Positions 7,107-13,172 of a stretch of DNA of 32,000 nt are shown piece by piece. Source of the stretch: Xylanibacter ruminicola 23 (lineage in GTDB: Bacteria; Bacteroidota; Bacteroidia; Bacteroidales; Bacteroidaceae); assembly GCF_000025925.1 (NCBI RefSeq), contig NC_014033.1, forward strand, positions 1,230,001 through 1,262,000. The letters run 5' to 3'. The translations under genes were made by a program, and so were the position numbers. Below the pieces are notes generated by a model. That model was not told the origin of the DNA, searched no databases, and was given only the letters and a program-made list of their open reading frames with translations. How positions within the stretch are numbered: position 1 is the stretch's first letter; the number at the start of each line of letters is the position of its first letter.

Positions 7107-8538
7107 ATTTTGTAAGCTTATCAAATACCGATTTACCTAAATCTGTTAGTACCCATTCGCCATCCTTGCGGCCACCTTTTCGAGTTAGGATGCCCAACTT
7201 TTTCAACTTTGCCAAATCTCTTTCGATAGTTCTTTCTACATTAAGATTCTTTTCCGACATCTTTTCCGACATGGCCTTTGCTGAAATCCTGGAATTAAGA
7301 GACAATATTTTCAGTATAACTATCTGACGCTCAGATAGTTCTTTTACGACATCTTTTCCGACATCTTTGGTGACATCTTTTACGCCAACTTCCTCCTCAG
7401 CATTGGCATAAATGATGGTTTGGAACTGAGTGGGAGTAGATTTGAATACAGGTTTCAATTCGTCCCTGTAGCCCTCCAGCGCCTTTGTTTCATTGCAGAT
7501 TCGGGTTAATCCGCTTCCACGTTTCTCCATGTAGTCGAGCTGGGCCATCACATTGGCAAGAATGGGGTTGCGGCGCTCGGAAGACACATCGGCAATATTC
7601 AGATTCTGAATTAGCATGCCGTTATACATACCGCCAGGCGAGGTTACAACAATGCGATCGTCGTAAATATCCAGATGTACCTCGGACCCCATCACGGTAT
7701 AATCTCGATGGATAAAGTGGTTTACCATTGCCTCTAACACGGCACGCTCGGCATACTCGGGTTTGTTTTTGCGACCATCAGGCAGTTTCTCCCAGCCACG
7801 CTTGGTGTTAGATTTCACAAAGTTCATAGCCTCATTAAGCAATAGCAGTACGTTACCGGTGTACTCAGCATCGTTAATGGCATCGCCCTTCTCCTTGCCA
7901 TCCCATCGTGTACAATACAGACGCGACTGCGACATCGGACTGTAATCGGCAAACAATGCACCTGCATTGGTAAGCTGACCTTCTTCAGTTACAAGTCCGA
8001 AAGACAGGAGATACTTTTTATCCCATTCCTGACCGGTTCGCTTTTTAAAAGTATTTGCCAAGAAAGCAAAAGAGTTGTCCTCAACTTTATAGTCGGTAAG
8101 CAGCGAGTCGTAAGTCCTGTTGGTACCTTTCAAAACCAAACGTAGCATCTGTTCGGAGGTGGCTGGCAGGCTTTCGTCGCCCACACGTATAAAGGCAATG
8201 CGCTGACCATCACCCACGTAGTAGTATGGTGTGTAATTACCGGACTTTACCTTCAGCTGTAGTACATCCATCCCGTCTATCCTATGCGGAATCATTTCTA
8301 CATCTGGCAAAGGATCCATATAGTCGCGAATCTTGCAACTGATAGCTTCGCACACATGCTGCACATCGGCTAGTCCTACTACGATGCCCTCATTGTTTAC
8401 ACCATAGAACAGACTACCACCCATGCCATTGGCAAAAGCGCTTACACTCTTAAGCCAGCTTTTAGGTTTGCTTTCCTCGAGTGCAACTTTATAGTCGTAA
8501 GCTGTACATTCAGCTATCAGTTCTTGTATAGTTGTCAT
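7105..8538 (-). CDS. AlbA_2 (Schlafen-like divergent AAA) + HATPase_c_4 + C-terminal winged-HTH protein, putative DNA-binding regulator/sensor
   Basis: SVSAFANGMGGSLFYGV is an AlbA_2-type motif. HRDY...IVVTSPGG...RRNPILANVM...EKRGSGLTRI is a RecG-C/HATPase_c_4-type block. The C-terminal SERQIVILKIL...LAKLKKLGILTRKG looks like a wHTH. The start is set at ATG 8538 because the -7 box at 8569-8576 lies inside the longer ORF-track model (8628). Confidence 0.75.
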   Translation of the reverse strand: MTTIQELIAECTAYDYKVALEESKPKSWLKSVSAFANGMGGSLFYGVNNEGIVVGLADVQHVCEAISCKIRDYMDPLPDVEMIPHRIDGMDVLQLKVKSGNYTPYYYVGDGQRIAFIRVGDESLPATSEQMLRLVLKGTNRTYDSLLTDYKVEDNSFAFLANTFKKRTGQEWDKKYLLSFGLVTEEGQLTNAGALFADYSPMSQSRLYCTRWDGKEKGDAINDAEYTGNVLLLLNEAMNFVKSNTKRGWEKLPDGRKNKPEYAERAVLEAMVNHFIHRDYTVMGSEVHLDIYDDRIVVTSPGGMYNGMLIQNLNIADVSSERRNPILANVMAQLDYMEKRGSGLTRICNETKALEGYRDELKPVFKSTPTQFQTIIYANAEEEVGVKDVTKDVGKDVVKELSERQIVILKILSLNSRISAKAMSEKMSEKNLNVERTIERDLAKLKKLGILTRKGGRKDGEWVLTDLGKSVFDKLTK

Positions 8539-8568
8539 TTTCAGTTCATTATTTTTAGTCTTTGCTTG

Positions 8569-8576
8569 CAAAGGTA
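8569..8576 (-). promoter_or_regulatory. -7 box (TACCTTTG on minus strand) for the AlbA_2 gene
   Basis: Plus-strand caaaggta lies 31 nt upstream of ATG 8538. Confidence 0.55.
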
Positions 8577-8590
8577 CAAAAAGTTTGGGG

Positions 8591-8622
8591 AAAAATACAA
8601 TATTAAGGCTAAAAAATACAAT
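8591..8622 (-). promoter_or_regulatory. operator-like direct repeat pair AAAAATACAAT x2, 21-nt spacing
   Basis: Identical 11-mers at 8591-8601 and 8612-8622. Paralogous to 6958-6990. Confidence 0.35.
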
Positions 8623-8628
8623 ATACAA

Positions 8629-8665
8629 GAAAAAAGGACGGAGAAAACGATAACATTCTCCGCCC
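8629..8665 (-). terminator. Rho-independent terminator of the 135-aa gene
   Basis: Stem ggacggaga (8636-8644) / tctccgccc (8657-8665) with one mismatch. The plus-strand A-run at 8630-8635 gives a U-run on the minus strand. Confidence 0.55.
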
Positions 8666-8687
8666 CATATGTTGCATTGTTATAGAT

Positions 8688-9095
8688 TTACCAGTCGGAC
8701 AACCCGTATATATAGCCTTCATATTTCTTTGCGAGATGATCTTTCATCAACTGTAGTTTATAAGGATCGCTATATTTTGCAGTTCCCTTTTTTGCTTTGG
8801 AAGTTTTTGGTACGAGATTGCCCAACTTTTGTTTTATCCGTGTTTTTTTACTCGTTTTTGTCAGAACAGACTTAGCATAAACATCTTCTGGTACTCCATT
8901 TAAATATTCAGATGGAGGCGATATAGGTTTGGGAGTACTAACTTTTTGTGTTAGATTGCTGATATAATTTCTGAGAACAAGAAACTGTCCATGTGTAATT
9001 TTAGAATTCAGAGAAATATTCTTCCCCAAAATTGATCGAGCTGTTTGTATGCCTATATTAAGTTCTTTCAGGATTTTACTCAGTCTTCCTACCAT
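8688..9095 (-). CDS. hypothetical 135-aa basic protein, N-terminus resembles an IF2_N-type helical motif
   Basis: ATG at 9095 with its own -7 box at 9178-9185. The N-terminal RLSKILKELNIGIQTARSILGK is reminiscent of IF-2 N-terminal/HTH-like segments. The middle of the protein is Lys-rich. Confidence 0.55.
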   Translation of the reverse strand: MVGRLSKILKELNIGIQTARSILGKNISLNSKITHGQFLVLRNYISNLTQKVSTPKPISPPSEYLNGVPEDVYAKSVLTKTSKKTRIKQKLGNLVPKTSKAKKGTAKYSDPYKLQLMKDHLAKKYEGYIYGLSDW

Positions 9096-9177
9096 AGCTT
9101 TAATTGTTTTATTTATTAGTAGTAATATTTTGTATTAGCTTTTATAAGCGGTTAATCCCCAATGGGATATATCGTTG

Positions 9178-9185
9178 CAAATATA
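9178..9185 (-). promoter_or_regulatory. -7 box (TATATTTG on minus strand) for the 135-aa gene
   Basis: Plus-strand caaatata. Confidence 0.4.
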
Positions 9186-9246
9186 CATCATTTTTGGATA
9201 GAATCCAATTTTTTTCGTATTTTTCTTTAGAAAAGTCCCATATTTC

Positions 9247-10032
9247 TTAAAGAATCTCTCTTAACTCCATTATATCGAGCATGTGGTATCTTACCTGATC
9301 TATTTCGGCGTGCCAGCTCTCGTGGAAATGTCCGTAATACCAATTACTTAAAGGATGATTCTTGCTATAAAGATAATCATAGATCTGGTCCATCACCTGG
9401 CGCTCATATCTCACATCGTCTAACAAATCAGCATCGTGTGTAGCCCAACTCTCCAAGAAATTGTGAGATGACAACTCACAAAATGACGGCGAGGTATGGG
9501 TTATTACGGTGTCAACAGCACATTGCTGATCTATCGCATTTAGCTTCTCCTTGTTGAATTCAGGAAGCTCGTTTGACCAATAAAGATTTGGCATAAGTGG
9601 ATCAGCCGGATTGGGCAAATGAAATTTATTAGAAGCCATACGAAGAGTTCTGTCGATGGAAGTTGCTCCGCCTACACAGAGAATAGTATGGCCACAAGCT
9701 TTAATTACCGAATAGTCGCTTAGCGTACGCCAGCGTTGGTGTTTGATTGGTAGTCTATTAAAATAAGCTGGATTATCATGATTTCCTCTTATAAAAGCTA
9801 TCCAGTTATTGGATTTTGAAAGCCGGTCGCGACAACGATTGTAAACAGCCTCATAATAGCCGGGCCTTTCAAAACCGAATCCACAATCACCAGCTACAAT
9901 GATAAGTGTATCGGTCATTTCATACTGTACGCAGCACTTAAATACGAGCTGAGTAAAATCACCATGAATATCGCCACTAACTACGATTTTCTTGGCGCGA
10001 GGGTATTCTACTATATTGCAGTTTCTGTTCAC
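9247..10032 (-). CDS. calcineurin-like metallophosphoesterase (lambda-phosphatase/ApaH-like fold)
   Basis: All the metallophosphatase motifs are present: GDIHGD, GDCGFG, GNHD, THT and GHFH. The ORF-track start at 10059 is a TTG that forms part of the -7 box TATCTTTG, so the GTG at 10032 is the more likely start. There is no ATG before the GDIHGD motif. Confidence 0.8.
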   Translation of the reverse strand: MNRNCNIVEYPRAKKIVVSGDIHGDFTQLVFKCCVQYEMTDTLIIVAGDCGFGFERPGYYEAVYNRCRDRLSKSNNWIAFIRGNHDNPAYFNRLPIKHQRWRTLSDYSVIKACGHTILCVGGATSIDRTLRMASNKFHLPNPADPLMPNLYWSNELPEFNKEKLNAIDQQCAVDTVITHTSPSFCELSSHNFLESWATHDADLLDDVRYERQVMDQIYDYLYSKNHPLSNWYYGHFHESWHAEIDQVRYHMLDIMELREIL

Positions 10033-10056
10033 TATTTTTATTTGTATTATTGCATG

Positions 10057-10064
10057 CAAAGATA
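10057..10064 (-). promoter_or_regulatory. -7 box (TATCTTTG on minus strand) for the metallophosphoesterase gene
   Basis: Plus-strand caaagata. Confidence 0.45.
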
Positions 10065-10143
10065 CACTTTTTTGGACAAACCTCCAAATGTTTTGCCAAT
10101 TTTATGAGGGAATATTCGCCTATTTCTGATAAAGAAACCGATT

Positions 10144-10307
10144 TGATTACGGTTACAGATTACAGTTAGGTTTGTGTGAGGTTGGTAATGGTGAGAAAAA
10201 TGGTGTATTGAATTTTACTATATATATAATTAATTATATATATAGTAAAATTTTAGTTTGATATATTTTTGGCTCATATACCTATCTGTAATTTGTAATC
10301 CGTAACC
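10144..10307. repeat. imperfect terminal inverted repeats (~27 bp arms) enclosing a central palindrome, a MITE- or cruciform-like element
   Basis: The left arm tgattacggttacagattacagttagg (10144-10170) matches the reverse complement of cctatctgtaatttgtaatccgtaacc (10281-10307). About 22 of 27 positions match by hand alignment, with one indel. Confidence 0.5.
10211..10252. repeat. 42-bp perfect AT-rich palindrome
   Basis: AATTTTACTATATATATAATT followed by its exact reverse complement AATTATATATATAGTAAAATT. Confidence 0.9.
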
Positions 10308-10378
10308 ACTGCTGGTTAGCTCTTAAGATTTTAACAATTCATTAACAGTTGATACTTCTCTATATGACGAAAATTTCG

Positions 10379-10386
10379 TACCTTTG
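10379..10386 (+). promoter_or_regulatory. -7 box TACCTTTG for the HU-like gene
   Basis: Consensus TAnnTTTG about 177 nt upstream of ATG 10563. Confidence 0.5.
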
Positions 10387-10481
10387 CATTGTCAAGATGA
10401 AGATGGAGATGATGCTCCCACACGAGGAAAAAGATTCTCCCACGTGCACTAAGAAAATCTACCTCACGTGAGCGCAAATCT

Positions 10482-10517
10482 ACATTAAACATTGAGACAT
10501 TAAACATTAAACATTTA
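10482..10517. repeat. ACATTAA heptamer tandem array, ~5 units (site 1)
   Basis: Reads acattaa acattga g acattaa acattaa acattta. Confidence 0.8.
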
Positions 10518-10562
10518 TAATTAAAAATTTATTTACAACAACACAAAAATTAAACTAGAATT

Positions 10563-11093
10563 ATGGCATTGAAAGTTAAAGCACAGGAAAAGTTGCAGAA
10601 GATTGGCAAGTATGAGGGCACTTATCGCTACATCATGATGCCGGAGTTGTACACCTCGCTCTCTCAGGAAAAGGTGATTAAGGAGGCTGCCCTGCGTAGC
10701 GGAGTAAGTAAAGGCATTATGCAGGCCTGCTGGGATGCTGCTGGCGAGGTGATTAAGGCTTGGGCCACTGAGGGTCACTCGGTTGCGCTGCCAGGTTTGG
10801 GAACCATGCGATTCGGTATCCGCGCCAAGAGTGTGGCCAAGGTAGATGAGGTGAAAGCCGGACTGGTAACCAGTCGCCGAATCATCTTCACCCCAGCGGT
10901 GGATCTGAAGGAGGAGCTGGCAGGCACAGCCATCCAGATTACCTGCTACGACCGCGATGGTAAGGAGATTAAGCGTGTAACCTCGACAGACCCAGGTACG
11001 GTTGAGGATCCCGACGAGCCAAGCAATGGCGGTGGCAATACCGGTGGAAACACTGGTGGCGGCGGAAATCATAACGAGCCGATTGGTGATTAA
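10563..11093 (+). CDS. Bacteroidales-type HU-family (HU_HIG-like) DNA-binding protein with Gly/Asn-rich tail
   Basis: 176-aa ORF. The MALKVKAQEK...YRYIMMPELY...VALPGLGTMRFGIRAK pattern is typical of Bacteroides/Prevotella HU-like proteins. The tail is low-complexity (NGGGNTGGNTGGGGN). Confidence 0.8.
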   Translation: MALKVKAQEKLQKIGKYEGTYRYIMMPELYTSLSQEKVIKEAALRSGVSKGIMQACWDAAGEVIKAWATEGHSVALPGLGTMRFGIRAKSVAKVDEVKAGLVTSRRIIFTPAVDLKEELAGTAIQITCYDRDGKEIKRVTSTDPGTVEDPDEPSNGGGNTGGNTGGGGNHNEPIGD

Positions 11094-11124
11094 GGGCTTG
11101 GGGCTTAGGCCCCAGCCTACTCCT

Positions 11125-11159
11125 ATTAAACATGAAACATTAAACATTAAACATTAAAC
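11125..11159. repeat. ACATTAA heptamer tandem array, ~4 units (site 2)
   Basis: Reads attaa acatgaa acattaa acattaa acattaa ac. It abuts the ATG at 11161. Confidence 0.8.
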
Positions 11160-11160
11160 T

Positions 11161-11265
11161 ATGACAAAGAAAGAGACATTAAAGTTTATCGTGCAGATGA
11201 TTGCATCGATCGCTACGGCGATTGTGACGGCACTGGGAGCCACATCGTGCATGGGAGCAATGTAA
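11161..11265 (+). CDS. smalltalk-like small hydrophobic protein, 34 aa (MTKKETLKFIVQMIASIATAIVTALGATSCMGAM)
   Basis: ATG-to-TAA ORF found by reading the sequence. It sits directly downstream of the HU-like gene, as smalltalk-family genes do in Bacteroidales. A terminator follows it. Confidence 0.55.
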   Translation: MTKKETLKFIVQMIASIATAIVTALGATSCMGAM

Positions 11266-11316
11266 AAATGAAAAAATGTAAGAATGCAAAAAATGGCAGA
11301 TTGAAAATTAAAAAAG

Positions 11317-11348
11317 TCGTGACGGAGTGATGCCGTTGCGATTTTTTT
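11317..11348 (+). terminator. Rho-independent terminator after the HU-like/small-protein pair
   Basis: Stem tcgtgacgg (11317-11325) / ccgttgcga (11333-11341), 9 bp including two G-U pairs, followed by a T7 run. Confidence 0.6.
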
Positions 11349-11358
11349 AGTATTTTAT

Positions 11359-11389
11359 TTTGTATTTCGCTCGATTTTCAGTACCTTTG
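11359..11389 (+). promoter_or_regulatory. proS promoter (-33 TTTG, -7 TACCTTTG)
   Basis: TTTG at 11359-11362 and TACCTTTG at 11382-11389 with 19-nt spacing. Confidence 0.6.
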
Positions 11390-11419
11390 CACGCAAATTA
11401 GGAAACATAGAAGAAAAAT

Positions 11420-12901
11420 ATGGCAAAAGAATTAAAAGAATTAACGAAAAGAGCCGACAACTACAGTCAGTGGTTTAACGACCTGGTAGTTAAGGCTGAT
11501 TTGGCAGAGCAGAGCGCTGTACGTGGCTGTATGGTTATTAAGCCTTACGGTTATGCCATCTGGGAGAAGATGCAGCAGCAGCTCGACAAGATGTTTAAGG
11601 AAACTGGTGCTCAGAACGCATACTTCCCACTGCTTATCCCAAAGTCGTTCCTCTCGAAGGAGGCCGAGCACGTTGAGGGTTTTGCTAAGGAGTGTGCTGT
11701 GGTAACACACTACCGCCTGCGCGCAAAGGAGGATAAGAGCGGTGTTGAGGTTGACCCAACAGCTAAGCTCGAGGAGGAACTGATTGTACGTCCTACTTCG
11801 GAGACTATTATCTGGAATACATATAAGAACTGGATTCACTCATGGCGCGATCTGCCACTGATGTGCAACCAGTGGTGTAACGTAATGCGTTGGGAGATGC
11901 GTACCCGCCCATTCCTGCGCACATCGGAGTTCCTTTGGCAGGAGGGCCACACAGCCCACGCTACTCGTGAGGAGGCCGAGGAGGAAGCACAGAAGATGCT
12001 GAAGGTATATGCCAAGTTTGCTGAAGAGTGGATGGCTGTGCCTGTGGTACAGGGTGTGAAGAGCGAGACTGAGCGTTTTGCCGGTGCGCTGGATACTTAC
12101 ACCATCGAGGCTATGATGCAGGACGGTAAGGCACTGCAGAGCGGTACCAGCCACTTCCTGGGTCAGAACTTTGCCAAGGCATTCGAGGTTACTTATCTGA
12201 ATAAGGAGAACAAGCCAGAGTACGTATGGGCTACATCGTGGGGTGTTTCGACCCGACTGATTGGTGCGCTGATTATGACTCACAGTGATGATAACGGACT
12301 GGTATTGCCTCCACGTCTGGCTCCTATCCAGGTGGTAATTATTCCTATCGCTACCAAGCCTGAGCAGATGGAGCAGGTTAACAAGGAGGTGACACCTATC
12401 ATAGAGGCTCTGCGCGCTAAGGGTATCACCGTGAAGTTTGACGATGCTGACAACAAGCGTCCTGGCTTTAAGTTTGCCGACTACGAGCTGAAGGGTGTTC
12501 CCGTACGTTTGGTTCTGGGTGCTCGCGACTTGGAGAACGGCACTATCGAGGTAATGCGCCGCGATACGCTGGAGAAGGAGACTCGCTCGATTGACGGTAT
12601 CACCGAGTATGTAGAGCAGCTGCTTGAGGATATCCAGAAGAATATCTTTGAGAAGGCTAAGGCTTATCGTGATGCCCGCATCTACGAGTGCGAGAACTAC
12701 GAGGAGTTTAAGGAGAAGGTGAAGGACGGTGGATTCTTCCTGTGCCACTGGGACGGTACTGCCGAGACCGAGGCTAAGATTAAGGAGGAGACTCAGGCCA
12801 CTATCCGCTGCGTGCCTTTTGGCGTAGAGCAGACTCCTGGTGTGGATATGGTAACTGGTAAGCCAGCGAAGGCTCGCGTGATTATAGCTAGAAGCTATTA
12901 A
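11420..12901 (+). CDS. proS: proline--tRNA ligase (archaeal/eukaryote-like short form)
   Basis: 493-aa ORF with class II aaRS motifs, no editing insertion, and the C-terminal ...IIARSY typical of this ProRS type. Confidence 0.95.
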   Translation: MAKELKELTKRADNYSQWFNDLVVKADLAEQSAVRGCMVIKPYGYAIWEKMQQQLDKMFKETGAQNAYFPLLIPKSFLSKEAEHVEGFAKECAVVTHYRLRAKEDKSGVEVDPTAKLEEELIVRPTSETIIWNTYKNWIHSWRDLPLMCNQWCNVMRWEMRTRPFLRTSEFLWQEGHTAHATREEAEEEAQKMLKVYAKFAEEWMAVPVVQGVKSETERFAGALDTYTIEAMMQDGKALQSGTSHFLGQNFAKAFEVTYLNKENKPEYVWATSWGVSTRLIGALIMTHSDDNGLVLPPRLAPIQVVIIPIATKPEQMEQVNKEVTPIIEALRAKGITVKFDDADNKRPGFKFADYELKGVPVRLVLGARDLENGTIEVMRRDTLEKETRSIDGITEYVEQLLEDIQKNIFEKAKAYRDARIYECENYEEFKEKVKDGGFFLCHWDGTAETEAKIKEETQATIRCVPFGVEQTPGVDMVTGKPAKARVIIARSY

Positions 12902-12945
12902 ACATTAAACATTAAAGATTAAACATTAAACATTTAAGATTTAAT
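12897..12945. repeat. ACATTAA-type heptamer tandem array, ~7 degenerate units (site 3)
   Basis: Reads attaa acattaa acattaa agattaa acattaa acattta agattta. The proS TAA stop codon lies inside the first unit. Confidence 0.8.
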
Positions 12946-12949
12946 GATA

Positions 12950-13110
12950 AAAGTAAAAGAGGAACCTTCTCAGGTTCCTCTTTTTTTAACCATAAACTAA
13001 TGTTCTAAAAAAATATATTCAAACATTACTTTATGGAGGCCGAAATATCACTTACCTCACGATAAATCCATTTCTAATTAACCTTAATAATCTAATACCA
13101 TGAAAAACAC
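12950..13110 (-). ncRNA. candidate ~150-nt small RNA (orphan promoter to bidirectional terminator)
   Basis: A minus-strand -7 box at 13116-13123 has no ORF longer than 9 codons downstream of it. There is an internal 15-bp hairpin (12990-13004 / 13022-13036, one mismatch) and then the terminator hairpin. Confidence 0.3.
12958..12987. terminator. bidirectional Rho-independent terminator downstream of proS
   Basis: Stem agaggaacc (12958-12966) / ggttcctct (12973-12981). A T-run follows on the plus strand, and an A-rich run precedes the stem, giving UUUUACUUUU on the minus strand. Confidence 0.8.
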
Positions 13111-13115
13111 ATGTG

Positions 13116-13123
13116 CAAAGGTA
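13116..13123 (-). promoter_or_regulatory. orphan -7 box (TACCTTTG on minus strand)
   Basis: Plus-strand caaaggta. It lies downstream of the stop of the 155-aa gene and points toward the proS terminator. Confidence 0.4.
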
Positions 13124-13172
13124 ATTCATTTCTTCTGAAAGTGGAAAATCAGAAGCCATAAACTACATTAAT

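Noticed and set aside
6858-7327. Plus-strand ORFs of 85 aa and 76 aa spanning the 368-aa/AlbA_2 intergenic region.
   Set aside because: They translate A-rich promoter and terminator DNA and the antisense of the AlbA_2 3' end. They have no promoter of their own and implausible composition.
8539-8628. A 30-codon N-terminal extension of the AlbA_2 ORF (MYIVFFSLNIVFFPKLF...).
   Set aside because: The -7 promoter box (8569-8576) lies inside the extension, which is translated A/T-rich promoter DNA. ATG 8538 gives a sensible N-terminus.
10033-10059. The ORF-track start of the metallophosphoesterase at 10059, and likewise the ilvN start at 29512.
   Set aside because: Both are TTG codons. The one at 10059 is part of the TTTG of the gene's own -7 box. 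For ilvN, an ATG lies three codons downstream (29503).
11840-12748. A 302-aa ORF antisense to proS, and similar long antisense ORFs at 13688-14542, 15755-16504, 17212-17829, 21085-21765, 25361-26107, 26693-27283 and 10533-11147.
   Set aside because: Each lies entirely inside a confidently identified gene on the opposite strand. Their products are low-complexity and rich in Leu/Val/His/Gly, with no motifs. They look like typical shadow ORFs created by codon bias in the higher-GC genes.
10482-12945. The heptamer arrays as a possible CRISPR or other spaced-repeat locus.
   Set aside because: The units are 7 nt, directly tandem and have no spacers. No cas genes are present. They are simple-sequence repeats, not CRISPR.
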